Positions 52,201-64,000 of a DNA stretch of 64,000 bases are shown here, piece by piece. The notes beneath the pieces are model-generated. The model made no database searches. It was not told where the DNA came from and was given only the letters and a program-made list of their open reading frames with translations. This DNA comes from Antedon mediterranea (lineage: Eukaryota > Animalia > Echinodermata). Each line of letters starts with the position of its first letter. The stretch's first letter is position 1. Made by a program: the position numbers and the translations under genes. The stretch covers positions 13,206,001-13,270,000 of the forward strand of contig NC_092674.1 of NCBI RefSeq assembly GCF_964355755.1, written 5' to 3'.

Positions 52201-55200
52201 CATAGTGAACGGTTGCTTTCTACACTCACGATTACATGGCTTCAACACTCACTACTAACTGACTTCTCAATAGGAACTCTACAAATATAACTAAAGAATA
52301 TAGAAATTGTCATCGATCATAAATTGTTCTTTAGAATTTCTTCAATATCTGGAATTGATAGATTTTCCAAGTGCTTCTGAAGATGGAAGGTAAGTTTAAA
52401 CTAAAATTGCAGCGCTTTAACTTTTCTGTTTCACTTAATTCCAATGGAATGAACACAGCAAAATCCTTGTCTGTGGCTTGATAATACCCTGCACTCTTTA
52501 TACACTATGCCAATCTGATTACTGTTATTGAGAAATAAAATGGCATTAAAACTGTTATTTTTTTAGTATAAGCAACATTAAAGAAGAGGACAGACTCAGG
52601 CTCTGCTGAAATATTAAAGTAAATGAATTCTGTATACTTTTCATTTTATATGTTACAATGTATTAATTTTAATTACATAGTTTAAAATCCTTTCCCCCTC
52701 GATTGCTAGTGTTTCTAATCACACAATTAAGAGGTTGACATCATTGCACAAGTATTACTATTATTCTTTCAGTATGACCATTGACATTAACTTGTCAAGT
52801 GAATCTGAGTCAGAGAGCACTTGTGATGAAGATGAAGATTATGATTTATATGAACCATCATTTGACATAAGCCTTTGGTAAGTCATCATCTATTCCTTTA
52901 ACCCAAACTTTATTGTGATGCAGTAAAGCATCATTTAAAAAAAAATTAATGTTTGAAATTAAGTCATACATACATTTTTCAGTCCCAACAATGCACTTAA
53001 CCTCAGAGAAACCTCATTCGTTGAAGAGGAATTTGAAATTGAGGCAGAAAATGATGATCCATCCAGTCAGATTGAGGAGGACATTGAAGGTGTGGAAGTT
53101 GAAAGCCCTTATGTTAAACACATTGATATTATGGAAGAGTCTGACTTTCTTATAAAAGATGAAACCTGCATAGTGTACTTAAACTGTTTGAAAACCTTGG
53201 CAGAAATCAAAATCAACAAATCTTGTACTAGAAAATCCTGTAGTAGTCCTGTTGATCTGCATTCAAAGTTTGTTGGTTCTGCTGTGTATTTCAAATGGGT
53301 AAAAAGTCTTACTTTCAATTTTTGTAAACATTTTATCTTAATTTAATAATTCATAATTCTAATTAATTCCTGAAACCAATTTATGAACAAGTCTATGGTA
53401 CCATCAAACAATGATGGTTGCTATGTAATGTGTTTCAGCTTGTCAAATGACTTATTTTATGAAATTGGTTTAATGGTTTATTTAATAAATATATTATTGT
53501 GATCTACTTAGATTTGTACAAATGGCCACCTGAACAACAAATGGTGTTCTCTACCAATTCTAAAGAACAAATTGCATGGAGGGGATTTGTTAATGTCTAC
53601 GGCACTTTTAGCTTCTGGAAACAACTATGCAAAGATTGCTCTTCTGGCCAAGTTTTTAAAACTTCATATTCTGAATGTCAACACATACTATAGAATTCAG
53701 AGAAAATATCTTGTGCCTGCAGTTACTGAATTATGGGAAGATACCCAGAAAGAAATCTTGACAGCACATGAAGGAAAAGATGTTGTACTGCTTGGTAGGT
53801 ATTATAATATAAAATGGAGGTGTATGGAAAAAAAATAAATGTGACTAAACTAAAGTTCATAGGTCAAGGCTTCATTGTGCAAATGAAAATGCAGGATGGA
53901 ACTAAATTACTGAAAAACGCTAATATTGTTTTTGACGAGTTATATTCTATTAAAAACTGTTTTTAGTGGTGGTCAGGTACAAATCTACTTATATACAGTA
54001 CAAGAACGTTATTACTGTAAATATTTTTTTTTCATAGGAGATGGAAGGATGGACAGTCCAGGACACTCTGCCCAATTTTGCACGTATACTATGATGGACA
54101 ATGCTGACAAAAGTATTTTGTCAATTATGACAATTGATAAGCGGGAGACAGAGGGCAAAAGTACTTTAATGGAAAAAGTAGGATTTCAGAAGAGTGTTTC
54201 ATTTCTCAAACAACAAAATGTGAATGTCGTTGAATGTGTAACCGATGCACACTTACAGATTGGCGCATTGATGAGTATGTTTTATTTTTACATCGTAATT
54301 CTAGATGATCACCAAAATCTAAAATAAATTTTTGATTAACATGTTTTTATTCTGTAAAATATGGTTTATTTTTATATTTGTTTTTCTTCATCACTCTAGA
54401 AAACGAATATCCAGACATCAAACACTCACACAATATTTGGCATGCTGCCAAGAATCTAGCAAAAGCATTGGTTGCAGTAAGTTTTTTGGTAATTTGCAGA
54501 CAATGTAAATTATTTTATTATAGTTATACCCTAATTTCATAATATGTAAAATAGGATATTTATTATACAAATTAATACTAATCTTTTGTTTCATTGGTAT
54601 TTTTTATACAATTTAACAGGCTGGTCAGAAGAAAGACTGCAAAGTCTTATTAAGTTGGAGCAAAGATATTGTAAACCATTTCTGGCATACCTGCGAGACT
54701 TCAAAGACATATGATGAATTTCTTGTATGTACATGTTTTAATTTAATGATGCACATACTGTATATACACTCTCAAAGACAAGTTATATTGTTCTTGAACA
54801 TAAACTTTAGCACAAGATCTTCTTTATTGTGGAATTAATTTCTTTATTCTGGTTCTACTATGTTCATCAATTTTAAAGGCTCACAGCTATCTTCAGATAC
54901 TGACATTGTCATATTATCTCTGTGTGTATCTGATATTGTATCCATTTTTTCCATATTTAAAAAAAGAAATCTGTATTTGAGATATGTATTTTACTGATTT
55001 TCTTGTTCAATGATAGGGAATATGGTGTGGAATTCTTCACCATGTGGTGGATGAACACCAGTGGGCTTTATCATATAGTGATGTTGGTACAGCCTCCTGT
55101 AGTCATGGACCTCTTGAGAGCGAGAGACAAAAGGGATGGATGACAAAGGGTCATCCAGCGCACAATGCACTACGAAAGATCGTCCTAAACAACAGATTTC

Positions 55201-58200
55201 TAAAGAAAATCCCATATTGGCTTAATTTTCGGTGAGCAAATTGATTAAAAATAGAGGAATGGTTTATACTGTACAAGCATTTCTGTGCATATTCTGTAGT
55301 ATTGATTAAAGCTAAAAAAAAAAAAAACAGGTGCTCTAAACAATAAATATACATTTCAACAGAACAATATACACATAATAAACACATTTATTAGTATTAC
55401 TTTAAAATTTGCATATTTTATTGCATTTGACAACAGTATTGACTTAGCTATTTATATATACATATTGTGTATTTTTAGTGGAACTGCTGAACTGGAAAAT
55501 TTCCACCAATGTATTTTGATGTATGCGGCCAAAAGATTCCATTACAGTCCACCAATGTACAAAGTAAGGAATCTTCTGGCAGCATTGGATTACACAGCAA
55601 ACCATCAACGAGAGATCAAGAAAAATAAAGATGGGACCACAAGGTACATTCCATAGTTTTTTACAGTTGAATATTAATTGGCTATATTAATTACTAAATA
55701 CCGTACTACATATGAAACCGACAAGTCTATTCTTAAATCAATTGTATCTTTATGCCATGTACAACGGAGTTACCATGGAACTAGCTACAGGTATATGGGC
55801 AAAAGAAATTTGACAATTAATTTTAAAATCGGTTTTCCCGAATTGCAATCTAAGCAAAATATTCCAAATTGCTGTCAAAAATTATAAACAATTATTTTCT
55901 GTTGTGTAGATATCAACGCTTATTTAACAAAAAAAGTAAGAGGTGGACAGTGGTGCCTGTTAAAGAAGAAAAGGATTACAGCTACATCCAGAAATTGGTG
56001 GAAATGGTTGTATACAGAAGACTACTTGATGAAACTAGCCTGAAAACAGTAACAGGCTTAGGAGAAGATGACCCAAGAAGGCTCAGCAGAAACATTGCTT
56101 CAGTACCAGCACCACCAACTCATCAACTAGTTGAAGAGAAATTGTCAAGATTTAAAAAAAAACTATGATGTATCAGTTACCTTTCTATTCGTGCAAACAG
56201 TACTGGGCAATTCCTGTTAAGTTTTTAATGTATTCAGTTAAAAATGATTTATTTTTTTCTGTTATGGTACTAAAATGAGCAATTAAATTTGGAAATCTAT
56301 TTGTGGGAATTGTACAAAGGGACAATACATCTTTAAATTCGTCCTGGTTGAAAACCAACATACTGGCCAAATGCATCGGGGTATTTGTCCCGTACTGCCC
56401 ATACACAACTGGGTATTATATTCTGATGCCAATACCGAGACGACCATGTGGTCACAAAACATACTGCCGGTAGGCTGTATGTTTATGACCCCTACTCCAT
56501 TTGTTGTCCATAGGCGCTGCTAATATATCTTGATGATAGGCTCGTGCCAATTGCAACATTGCTTCATTAAGAATGAGCAACTAAAAGTCCTAAAATGAAA
56601 AAAAAAAATGTTTATTTAGTATTTTTTGTTTAGTTTATGTTATGCACTATTTTTCAAAATAATATAAGCTGGTAACAGGTCTGTATTTTAACAACAGTAC
56701 TTATTAAAAATAAAGCAGAACTTTTAAAATTAGTTTGACAAAAAGACAATTCTTTTTGTGTTTTTTTAGATACACTATATCGACACTTTATCATTGTAAT
56801 GCATTTTATCAATAAGTATGTTAAATTAATATACTGTAATGTTTCACACGTGCAATTACCTGAAATTTGTTGTGTTTTCGTGTGTATAGCCACAGAACAC
56901 TCTTTCATTTTCAGTTTGAATTTGCCAGCAGTTGTTGCAAACACACCAACTTGGTGTAGTTGCTGGTGGTACAGGATGATGACCTCCCTCTGGTACTTTT
57001 TCTCTGCTGCTTCCTTTAGTTAGTAGGTCTTTAGCCTCTACCTCTGTCAAGGCATTAATTTTAACCTAAAATAAAATTGTTATAAATTGTTTACTGCTAA
57101 ATATGGAAATATGAAATATTTATCGTGAGGAATCTTTGCCATTTGCCACCAGAATTTCAAATGTTGAACCAGGTTTCACAATATCTTTTTACCTTTATGT
57201 ATTACTGGTCCATTGACAAGTAACATTAACAGTGAAGCTAATTAGTTGCGAATATTTTTAAAAGTATTGTCACAAAAATAGTAAATAACCACAGATCCTA
57301 TAGATTTTTATATATATTGTATATGGAAATTATAGTATTAATTATTAGTAACATATTTCTAATTAAAAAATCCCATGGATATGATTAGTGTATTTCTTTT
57401 TATACACAGTACAATTCAATAGTTAGGCTACTACTACTAGTAATAGGCTAGTCTTTAAAAATAGAACTGGCATCTATCGTCAAAATGACGAATCAGTTGC
57501 CAGTACAGTGGGCTAACTTGGGCACATTTTACTAGCCTATACTCGATAATTAGTAATGATGAACCGATCGGACCTGGCAAAAATTAATACGGGTAGCCAA
57601 CGAATACTTAAAAATGAGTCTAAAGCATAGGCCTAATATTAATAAAAAGACAACGTGAACCTGAAAGGTAGACCTACCTACCTAGAGTAGCCTAGGCCTA
57701 GGCTAGAGTAGAAGGCTAGGCCTATCCTAGGTAGGTACTGTGCAAGTTACAGCTTAGAGCTAGGCTTAGTAGTAGTAGCCTAGAGTATCTAAACTAGGCC
57801 ACAAGTATACATTTTATTTGAGAGAAACTAAGTAAAAAATAGTAATATATTTACCGATAAATCCATGGGTTTCTTGAATACATTAAAACAAAATTCGTTC
57901 CGCAACTAGGCCTAGGCATACACTGCCGGCCGCGCCGCAGCGTTGCCAGCGATAAAATTTAAATTATGCCGTATCCTGTCTCAAATAATGCCAGATTGGG
58001 AAAAATAATGCCAGATCCCCAAAATGTGGCCCTAAACAGCGCCACCAACGGTTGTATGTCTAATAAACGTTTGTAAAACCCCAACTGACACAAAATAGGG
58101 CCTAAAATTGTATCCCCATGTCGTACAAAATTTATATTTTTAGTTTTGTGAGTAATAACTAATAATTCTAAATATCTGGGGTGCGAAAATGTTAATTGCA

Positions 58201-61200
58201 AATGCAAATGACACCAACCCCCACCCCGCCCCCACCCTAAAAAAAAAAAAAAAACAGCCATGGAAATTTATAATTTTTGAGCTGAAATATGAGAGCTGCT
58301 CGATGGCCGGGATCTTTGCACTTAATTTAAAAAATAAAAGGATCTTATAGCCACCATAATTAGAAAATGGAAATTATAATTTAAAATAGGAAATAAAAAA
58401 AATTATTTTGAGTGTCTCCAGGACCTCAGCCCCACCACCATGGTTGATAAGAAAATTTGGAAAAATACAGCTACTCGATGGCCGGAAATGGCACTTAATT
58501 TAAAATATGAAATTAAAATATATAGACGTGTCTCCATGATCTTAGCCCACCATAGTTCGAAAATGGCAATTATAATTTAAAATAGGAAATCAAAATATAT
58601 ATTAATTGTGTCTCCAGGACCTCATGGTTGGGGCTGAGGTAAGAAAATTTGAAAAAATAGAGCTGCTCAATGGCCGGAAATGGCACTTAATTTCAAATAT
58701 AAAATAAATTTATTAGTACCTCCAGGATCTTAGCCCATGATAGTTTTGAAAGTGCCAATTATAATTTAAAATAGGAAATAAAAATATATATTAAGTGTTT
58801 CCAGGACCTCAGCCCCACCATGGTTGGGGCTGAGGTAAAACAAATTGGAATAATAGAGCTGCTAGATGGCCGGAAATTGCACTTAATTTTAAATAAAAAT
58901 GTACAAGAGTCCCTAAGACCTCGCCCCATCATGGTCACTGAGAGGTGAAGAACATTTGGAAATATAGGGTTGCTACGACGATGCAATGGAACATAATTTG
59001 AAATATGGAAAACAAAATCTCTAGAAGAAATTCTTTTTAAAATTAGAGCTTCTAGTTACCGGAAATTGCCATTTTAAGGGTTGGGGTAGGGGTGTGGCCG
59101 CTTATAATTATGAACTGAAAAAACAAAACCCCTTTCATAATGTGTTTTCGTTCAATTGTCTCTATATCTGGGGATCCAATAACCTGCATGGTCTCTGAAA
59201 TAGAGCAACATAATTGGCCAATAGGTAGCCTCTTCGGATTTGTTGTGCTGCCTATATCGCACACACGGTAGTTTTCGAGCAGCCTTCCTATCCGAAGAGC
59301 CGATTAAGTCCGAAACGAAAGGATGGAAGAACTACTATTGTACGGAAAACCCGAACAGATCTGTTTTGTACGATATGATATTGCGTAAGGTGATATGTAT
59401 TAACAAAATATTTTATTTTTGTTCTGTGGTATATTATTTTTTTGGTTGTTCAAAAAACACAAAATTATGCCAGATTATGCTAAAAACGGCTAAATAATGC
59501 CGCGGCATTATGCCAGATGCCGTGGGCCTCCAAATAATTCCAAAAAGCATAATAATGCCAGAAATGGCAACTATGCCGCGCCGGCGGCGCGCGTTACGTA
59601 CAGTTTGGCTATACTGTATATGCATAATCATAAAACTTCCTCTCTCGATCGCGCGATATGTGTAAAAACATCTCCTCAACCACCGTGACAAGTTGTAAAC
59701 AATCTTAATTAGCATATCATGCATAATTCATACTCGTGGTTTGAAATCTTTGTTTACTTTCGCTCGGAATGATTTTCCAGACGAAATTTAATCAAACTAA
59801 TTTACCTGTTAATTACGTAAACTTGTTGTTTTTGGCTCGAATTTTTAACTTAAAGTGAATAACTTTAATATTACTTTGATATGGCCAATTTAAATTTAGA
59901 ATATTTTGACCTTCATTTTTTGTGTTCAAAGGGACAATACAACTTTAAAGAAAGGGTCATGTGAGGTGGGTTTACAGTACATTGATGTAGGCCAAAGTAT
60001 AATGTGATGCTTGTTTGATGGCTTGTAATTAATAAGTAAAAATATCATTATTTCTATTATATATTGTACGTACGTTTTCACACGAGGCGGGAGACGCCAG
60101 CTCTTCTACTTCAACATCTTCTTTACCTTCTATTCTTTTGTTGATATTTTCTTCAGCAAGTTTTCGATACAATGAGTTTGGGTTATCTATAAATCAGTAA
60201 ATGTATTGTCTATAATAGAGTGAAGAAGCCTTCGGTTTCTGTATTAGGCCTGAGCTGAATTGAACGATTTTTTAGCATTAAGGGCAAATGTTATAGTATA
60301 GCTCAATATGCTCAGTTTACAAGCTAACTATAAAGGAAAATGATTTCAAGAAGAGCATAATTGATTTAATAAATCTAAGCAGAACTTCGATGCACGTCAA
60401 AGTGGGCACCAGATTATTTACACATCAGAGCTATGTATTGAAATTATGGCTCTGCAACCCATTGAGTAATGTGATTGGTAACATAATTTTGTAAAATTAT
60501 TATCTGATTATTATCTGATGATTATTCTGACGGTTTGTCAATAAGAAGAACGGATACAAACAGACACATTCTTAGAAGTGTGGTCGATAAATAGTATACA
60601 ATTCCTGATTCAAAACGATATTGTTTTATCGACATATGATAAACACCATCGCAATTTCTGCGACAAGTACGTGCATTTATTAACTTGGTTATTCGTATAA
60701 AAACGTGTTAAGGGGACTTATGGTAAACGAAATTGCTTTAATATAGGACAGAATGGTATTATTTATTCAAGTAAATTGAATACTGTGAACAGTAAATATA
60801 TAATTCAGAAAAAATGAATTGATTTCCAATCCAATCTATTTCAATACAATACTTGTTCATTTTGTGATGAATGGTCTATTATGATGAATGAAACGATGGT
60901 GAAAACGTTGTTATTTATTTTTACCACTTTCGTCATTCTTGTCCCATTTGTTTAATTCTGCGTTTGTTTCTATAGTTTTAATAACAGCCACTCCGTCTGT
61001 TATTTCATGATTGACGTTAAATCTGAAATTTAATAATTTAAAAAAACTATATATACACAAAAACAATATTGAACCAAAATAATATGAATTAAACGCACAG
61101 AATAAAAAAAAACACATGCTTTCTTTTAGAGCTATGTTTGTGTTCCCTAATGATATAAGAAACGAGAAATTAATTTATTGATATCTTTAGATTCGTTTGT

Positions 61201-63770
61201 CTCTCCCAGTCTATAGTGAGACATCAACAACATATTATATAAGTGACATTGAACGCCAAGAATTACATTTATATATATGCCTACATATACTCATATTATG
61301 AAGTTTATTGTGCACAGTAATTATTTGATTTTGTCACATATGAAAAAAACATAATATTAATTCAGTACACATTTTACTTTATGAATTGTTGCCATACATT
61401 ATATTCTGGAGTGCATGTTGTGTGCATTGATTTTGGTTTTAATTTAATGTAAATATACTTTTCTGAAATCGTCTACTTACTATACTTACTAGACGTAACA
61501 ACAAAGCGGGCATACTATTTAGTATTGACAAGTACTCCAAATTAAAATATGGAAATTTATTATAAATACAATAATACTAATTGTTGGTAAATATTATTGT
61601 ATTTTTAAAATATAACATAAATAATAAACACTGTGCTTATAAACAGAATATTTATTTTTTTTATATTATATGTAAGCTTATGAAAACTATTACTATTATG
61701 TTTGTGCTATTATGCTTAGCTATCTACTTACTCCTTTCCAAGACAAGCATTTACTAAACAGGTTTTACCCACACCTTCCTGTCCAATTACTTTAAGAATT
61801 CCAAGATTCACTTCAATTTTACCCTCTGTTAATGCTTCAATGTAAGTCTTCTCTACAAGCTTACCACGCGCAGTAATCACATATGGAATATCTAGATCTG
61901 TTAATTATTATGTAATTTAATACAATGAACAGTTAAAATGAGTATTAATGTTTTTGAGTAAATACATTACATTAAACTCATTCAAAGATGTCTCATTATT
62001 ATAATGTATATTGATTCGGATTTATAAGAAGTAGCATAGATGATTTACACTCAAATCAATCGTCTTCGAAGTTGTAATGTGTTTGTAGCCTAATGATTGC
62101 ATTACATGGTAAAACAATTAACGTAATAATGTGATTTGATGAAATACGATTAATCATTAGAATTTATAAAAGCAATACAGTAGTTTTTATTTAAAGACCA
62201 AATACATTATACGCACATAAGCGTATGAAATAGTGAAAAAAAGAAATGAAAAACACTAATTCAAATAACAATATTCTTCCTTAAAATTCTATTGTATGGA
62301 ACAATTATTCATACCTGGCGTTTCAATATCTATGTCGGGCAATGGTCCACCTAAAACAAAGTTAGAATATATGTGTAAATAAAAGTACATGAAGCAAAAT
62401 GCGAAAATGTAAGAGATAGTGTAAAAACCTCAGACCTCACTCACAACATACTGGTGTAACATGGGCTTTAAGTGCAGCGTTGGAACCAGTTATTCCGTGT
62501 GACATCATAGAGGCATCGCCCATCTCCAACAAAATGTCCACTAAAAATGGTTTTGTTTAAAATGGCTGATTTTTATATTTTTTTCATATTGATTTGTTTC
62601 CTGTAAAGCGGGCTATAGGCCTAAATGTGATAAAAAATATTATTTATAATTATTTTCTTAAACTCAAAGCCCACAGTATAAAATACACAGTAGGTAGTTA
62701 GATATAAGAAATACAAACATAGATTAAAGATCACGGTCCTGTTCATGGTTGAAAGGTGTTTTTATTGTTTGATTTTGATATTATATTTTTTTCATATTGC
62801 ACAGGTTTTTGTTTGTTTTTTTTATTACGCTATAAAAAAATGTTTTTGTAGAATGTGCAAGTTATTTGTATTATTGTCATAGTTTTGATTATCTATCTGT
62901 CATATTATATGTGTATAGGCCTGTTTTGTTATTGTTATTATTAAAACAATAATTAAAAATATCTCAAACTTTATTGATTTAATTTGATTCTATTAATAAT
63001 GTTAAAGAATATAATGTGAGTATCGAGTCAAGAAACTTGTATTAATAGAACTAGAACTAGAAAATCCTTCGTTGTAAATAGCATTCATATTTTTAATTCT
63101 AATGTAAGACGTTAATGCAATTTTTAAATAGTTTTACATTTTTAACAGTATTTTTAACTTTTTATCTTGTATTTTTAATCTGTTATAATACTGCACGTTT
63201 TTAAATTGTTGCAATATTGTTGTTTTAATCTACCAAGCAAAGTGAATTTCCATTTTTATGGACAAATAAAATTTCTTGAATCTTGAATCTTGAATCTTAA
63301 TAATAAGCATTGGTTGAGAATTTACTTACATTGTTATTGTTTTTTTAAATATCTAAAACTTTATTTCTTAAATAATTCCAATTATATTAATACAATGTAA
63401 AAGAATATAATGTGATTTTAAAGAACAACAATCATTGGCTGAGAATTTACTTATATTGTTATATTTATTTTACTTAAAAAATTAAACAAGTAAAAACAAG
63501 ACAATGTGAAACATTACAAACTAAACCTATTTTAGATATTAAGTGGTTTTCCATTAAAGTTTGTGTTATCTTTAAGCTGGACATACCGTCATTGTTTCAA
63601 GATTAGTTGTCAGCTGATTTACACATGTTTACAGCCTACCTCTTAGCCTACTTTGTTATAAACTCACCTTTCAATATGTCAATTATCTCGGCTTTTTGAC
63701 CTGCCCTTAATTCGTTGTCATATTTCTTACACTCGTTTTCATTGTACAAATCTATTACAGATTTGCCATA
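37274..63770 (-). CDS. ROCO-family protein: (probable ankyrin)-Roc GTPase-COR-Death domain; 5' end beyond the window
   Basis: Exons 63770-63668, 62350-62315, 61897-61732 (P-loop GQEGVGKT), 61022-60925 (ITDGVAV), 60186-60074, 49515-49485, possibly 48404-48370, 47186-47014 (FKIWDHGGQ), 46262-46173 (VYLVVFDMS), 45862-45683 (ILIVGTHKG), 44752-44510 (IPLKW), 44284-44090 (FLYDLGDIIY..VVVDPMGL), 43605-43423, 42275-41964 (FFVPLRL), 39766-39689, 39424-39223, 38510-38481, 37551-37274 (death domain WEELGLRLGF...MLEVWQ...LIEALRHTGRTDLA, TAA). Splice phases are compatible; use of small exons between 49.5 and 47.2 kb is uncertain. Confidence 0.9.
38041..38220. repeat. Small inverted-repeat element (MITE-like) in a ROCO intron
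   Basis: aagtatcataggaat (38041-38055) is inverted as attcctatgatactt (38206-38220). Confidence 0.5.
40182..41947 (-). mobile_element. Non-autonomous Helitron, copy 3 (ROCO intron)
   Basis: a|CTAGatggtacgctcgcttcgctcgcgtaccatctag ... atttatatataGA|t; perfect 13-bp terminal stem. Confidence 0.85.
40552..40858 (+). mobile_element. 5'-truncated L2-clade LINE inserted in Helitron copy 3
   Basis: YVPKRSLRS...YGNRSFS...LWNALP...FKSLLKTHLF*, then gtaaagcgcattgag...aatgcgctatat and (TTA)n; absent from copy 2. Confidence 0.85.
42301..42842. mobile_element. 542-bp Kolobok MITE (internal-deletion derivative of the 50561-59944 family)
   Basis: TTAA|agatctattgtccctttga ... ggacaatacatct|TTAA; left ~220 bp match 50561-50783 and right ~320 bp match ~59606-59944. 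Confidence 0.9.
43038..43348 (-). mobile_element. Internally deleted Helitron, copy 4
   Basis: Joins the 3' hairpin remnant (tcgcttcgctcgcgtaccatctagg) to the 5' segment ending ...gtaaattcatatataga. Confidence 0.8.
50110..50395 (+). mobile_element. Rex1/Babar-type LINE extreme 3' fragment
   Basis: HPASSMFQLMRSGRRFRSIKANKAPFKNSSFPGAIRALN, then a 3' UTR with aataaa and an (acttg)n tail. Confidence 0.7.
50905..56168 (+). CDS. Kolobok DDE transposase, 13 exons (core open; two small N-terminal exons look frameshifted)
   Basis: Exons 50905-51095, 51981-52109, 52335-52389, 52567-52618, 52773-52877, 52983-53298, 53512-53794, 54039-54274 (GDGRMDSPGHSAQFCTYT..VTDAH), 54400-54476 (HNIWH), 54620-54724 (NHFW), 55017-55231 (HHVVDEHQW..CSHGPL), 55479-55643 (TAELENFH..YAAKR..RNLLAALD), 55910-56168. 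Confidence 0.88.
56333..57866 (-). pseudogene. KolX-like accessory gene with a P2X7 C-terminal (ballast, Zn-Cys)-like domain, disrupted
   Basis: Exons 57866-57855 (MDLS), 57065-56860 (PSWCVCNNC..IQTENERVFC), 56589-56333 (HTAYRQYVL*PHGRLGIGIR / IPSCVWAVRDKYPDAFGQYVGF...TAA); contains stops and frameshifts. Confidence 0.82.
57938..59575. mobile_element. Non-autonomous P/hAT-like element nested in the Kolobok
   Basis: TIRs cagcgttgcca / tggcaactatg; 8-bp TSD CCGCGCCG at 57930-57937 and 59576-59583; AATAATGCC/ATTATGCC subterminal motifs. Confidence 0.88.
58260..59000. repeat. ~180-195 bp tandem repeat (about 4 units) inside the P/hAT-like element
   Basis: agctgctcgatggccggaaatggcacttaattt variants recur at ~58293, 58469, 58661 and 58856. 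Confidence 0.8.
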
Positions 63771-64000
63771 CTGTGTAAATTAAAAATGAATATGGTAGGT
63801 AAAAGAATACATTTTATTTTATTTTTTTTTTATTATATTTTTTTAACATTATTAATCAAAAAAGGAATCGAGTCAATATACTGAGATACTGATTCAAATT
63901 TATTCTAAAAAACAGAAGACCACGTCCTGTAATAATGTCTACACGTTTTGTTAAATCTTCTAATTTGGTATATAAATATAATTTTCAATCCATTATACAA

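Larger units (their letters stand above)
50561..59944 (+). mobile_element. Kolobok DNA transposon (9384 bp) in a Roc-domain intron
   Basis: TTAA TSD (50557-50560, 59945-59948); 19-bp TIRs agatgtattgtccctttga / tcaaagggacaatacaact (1 mismatch); AG...CT termini; two convergent genes. Confidence 0.93.

Overview
AT-rich animal genomic DNA with spliceosomal introns; an invertebrate origin is inferred, not proven. Three host genes are present: (1) a frameshifted integrin beta fragment (+, 11482-19491); (2) the four intact 3' exons of an SLC22/organic-cation-transporter-like gene (+, 24435-26759); (3) a large, apparently intact multi-exon Roc-COR-Death-domain (ROCO) gene (-, 37274 to beyond 63770). 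The rest is dense with nested mobile elements whose ends and target-site duplications (TSDs) can be read directly. These include two Rex1/Babar-type LINEs, four copies of a non-autonomous Helitron, MULE-, Merlin-, Harbinger-, Tc1- and P/hAT-like elements, and an AcademX relic nested in a minisatellite-armed foldback element. The most notable element is a 9.4-kb Kolobok transposon (50561-59944, TTAA TSD) in an intron of the Roc domain. It carries a 13-exon DDE transposase and a convergent gene for a P2X7-ballast-like (KolX) protein. A third, internal terminus plus TTAA sits exactly on that gene's stop codon, and a 542-bp MITE derivative lies in another intron of the same host gene.
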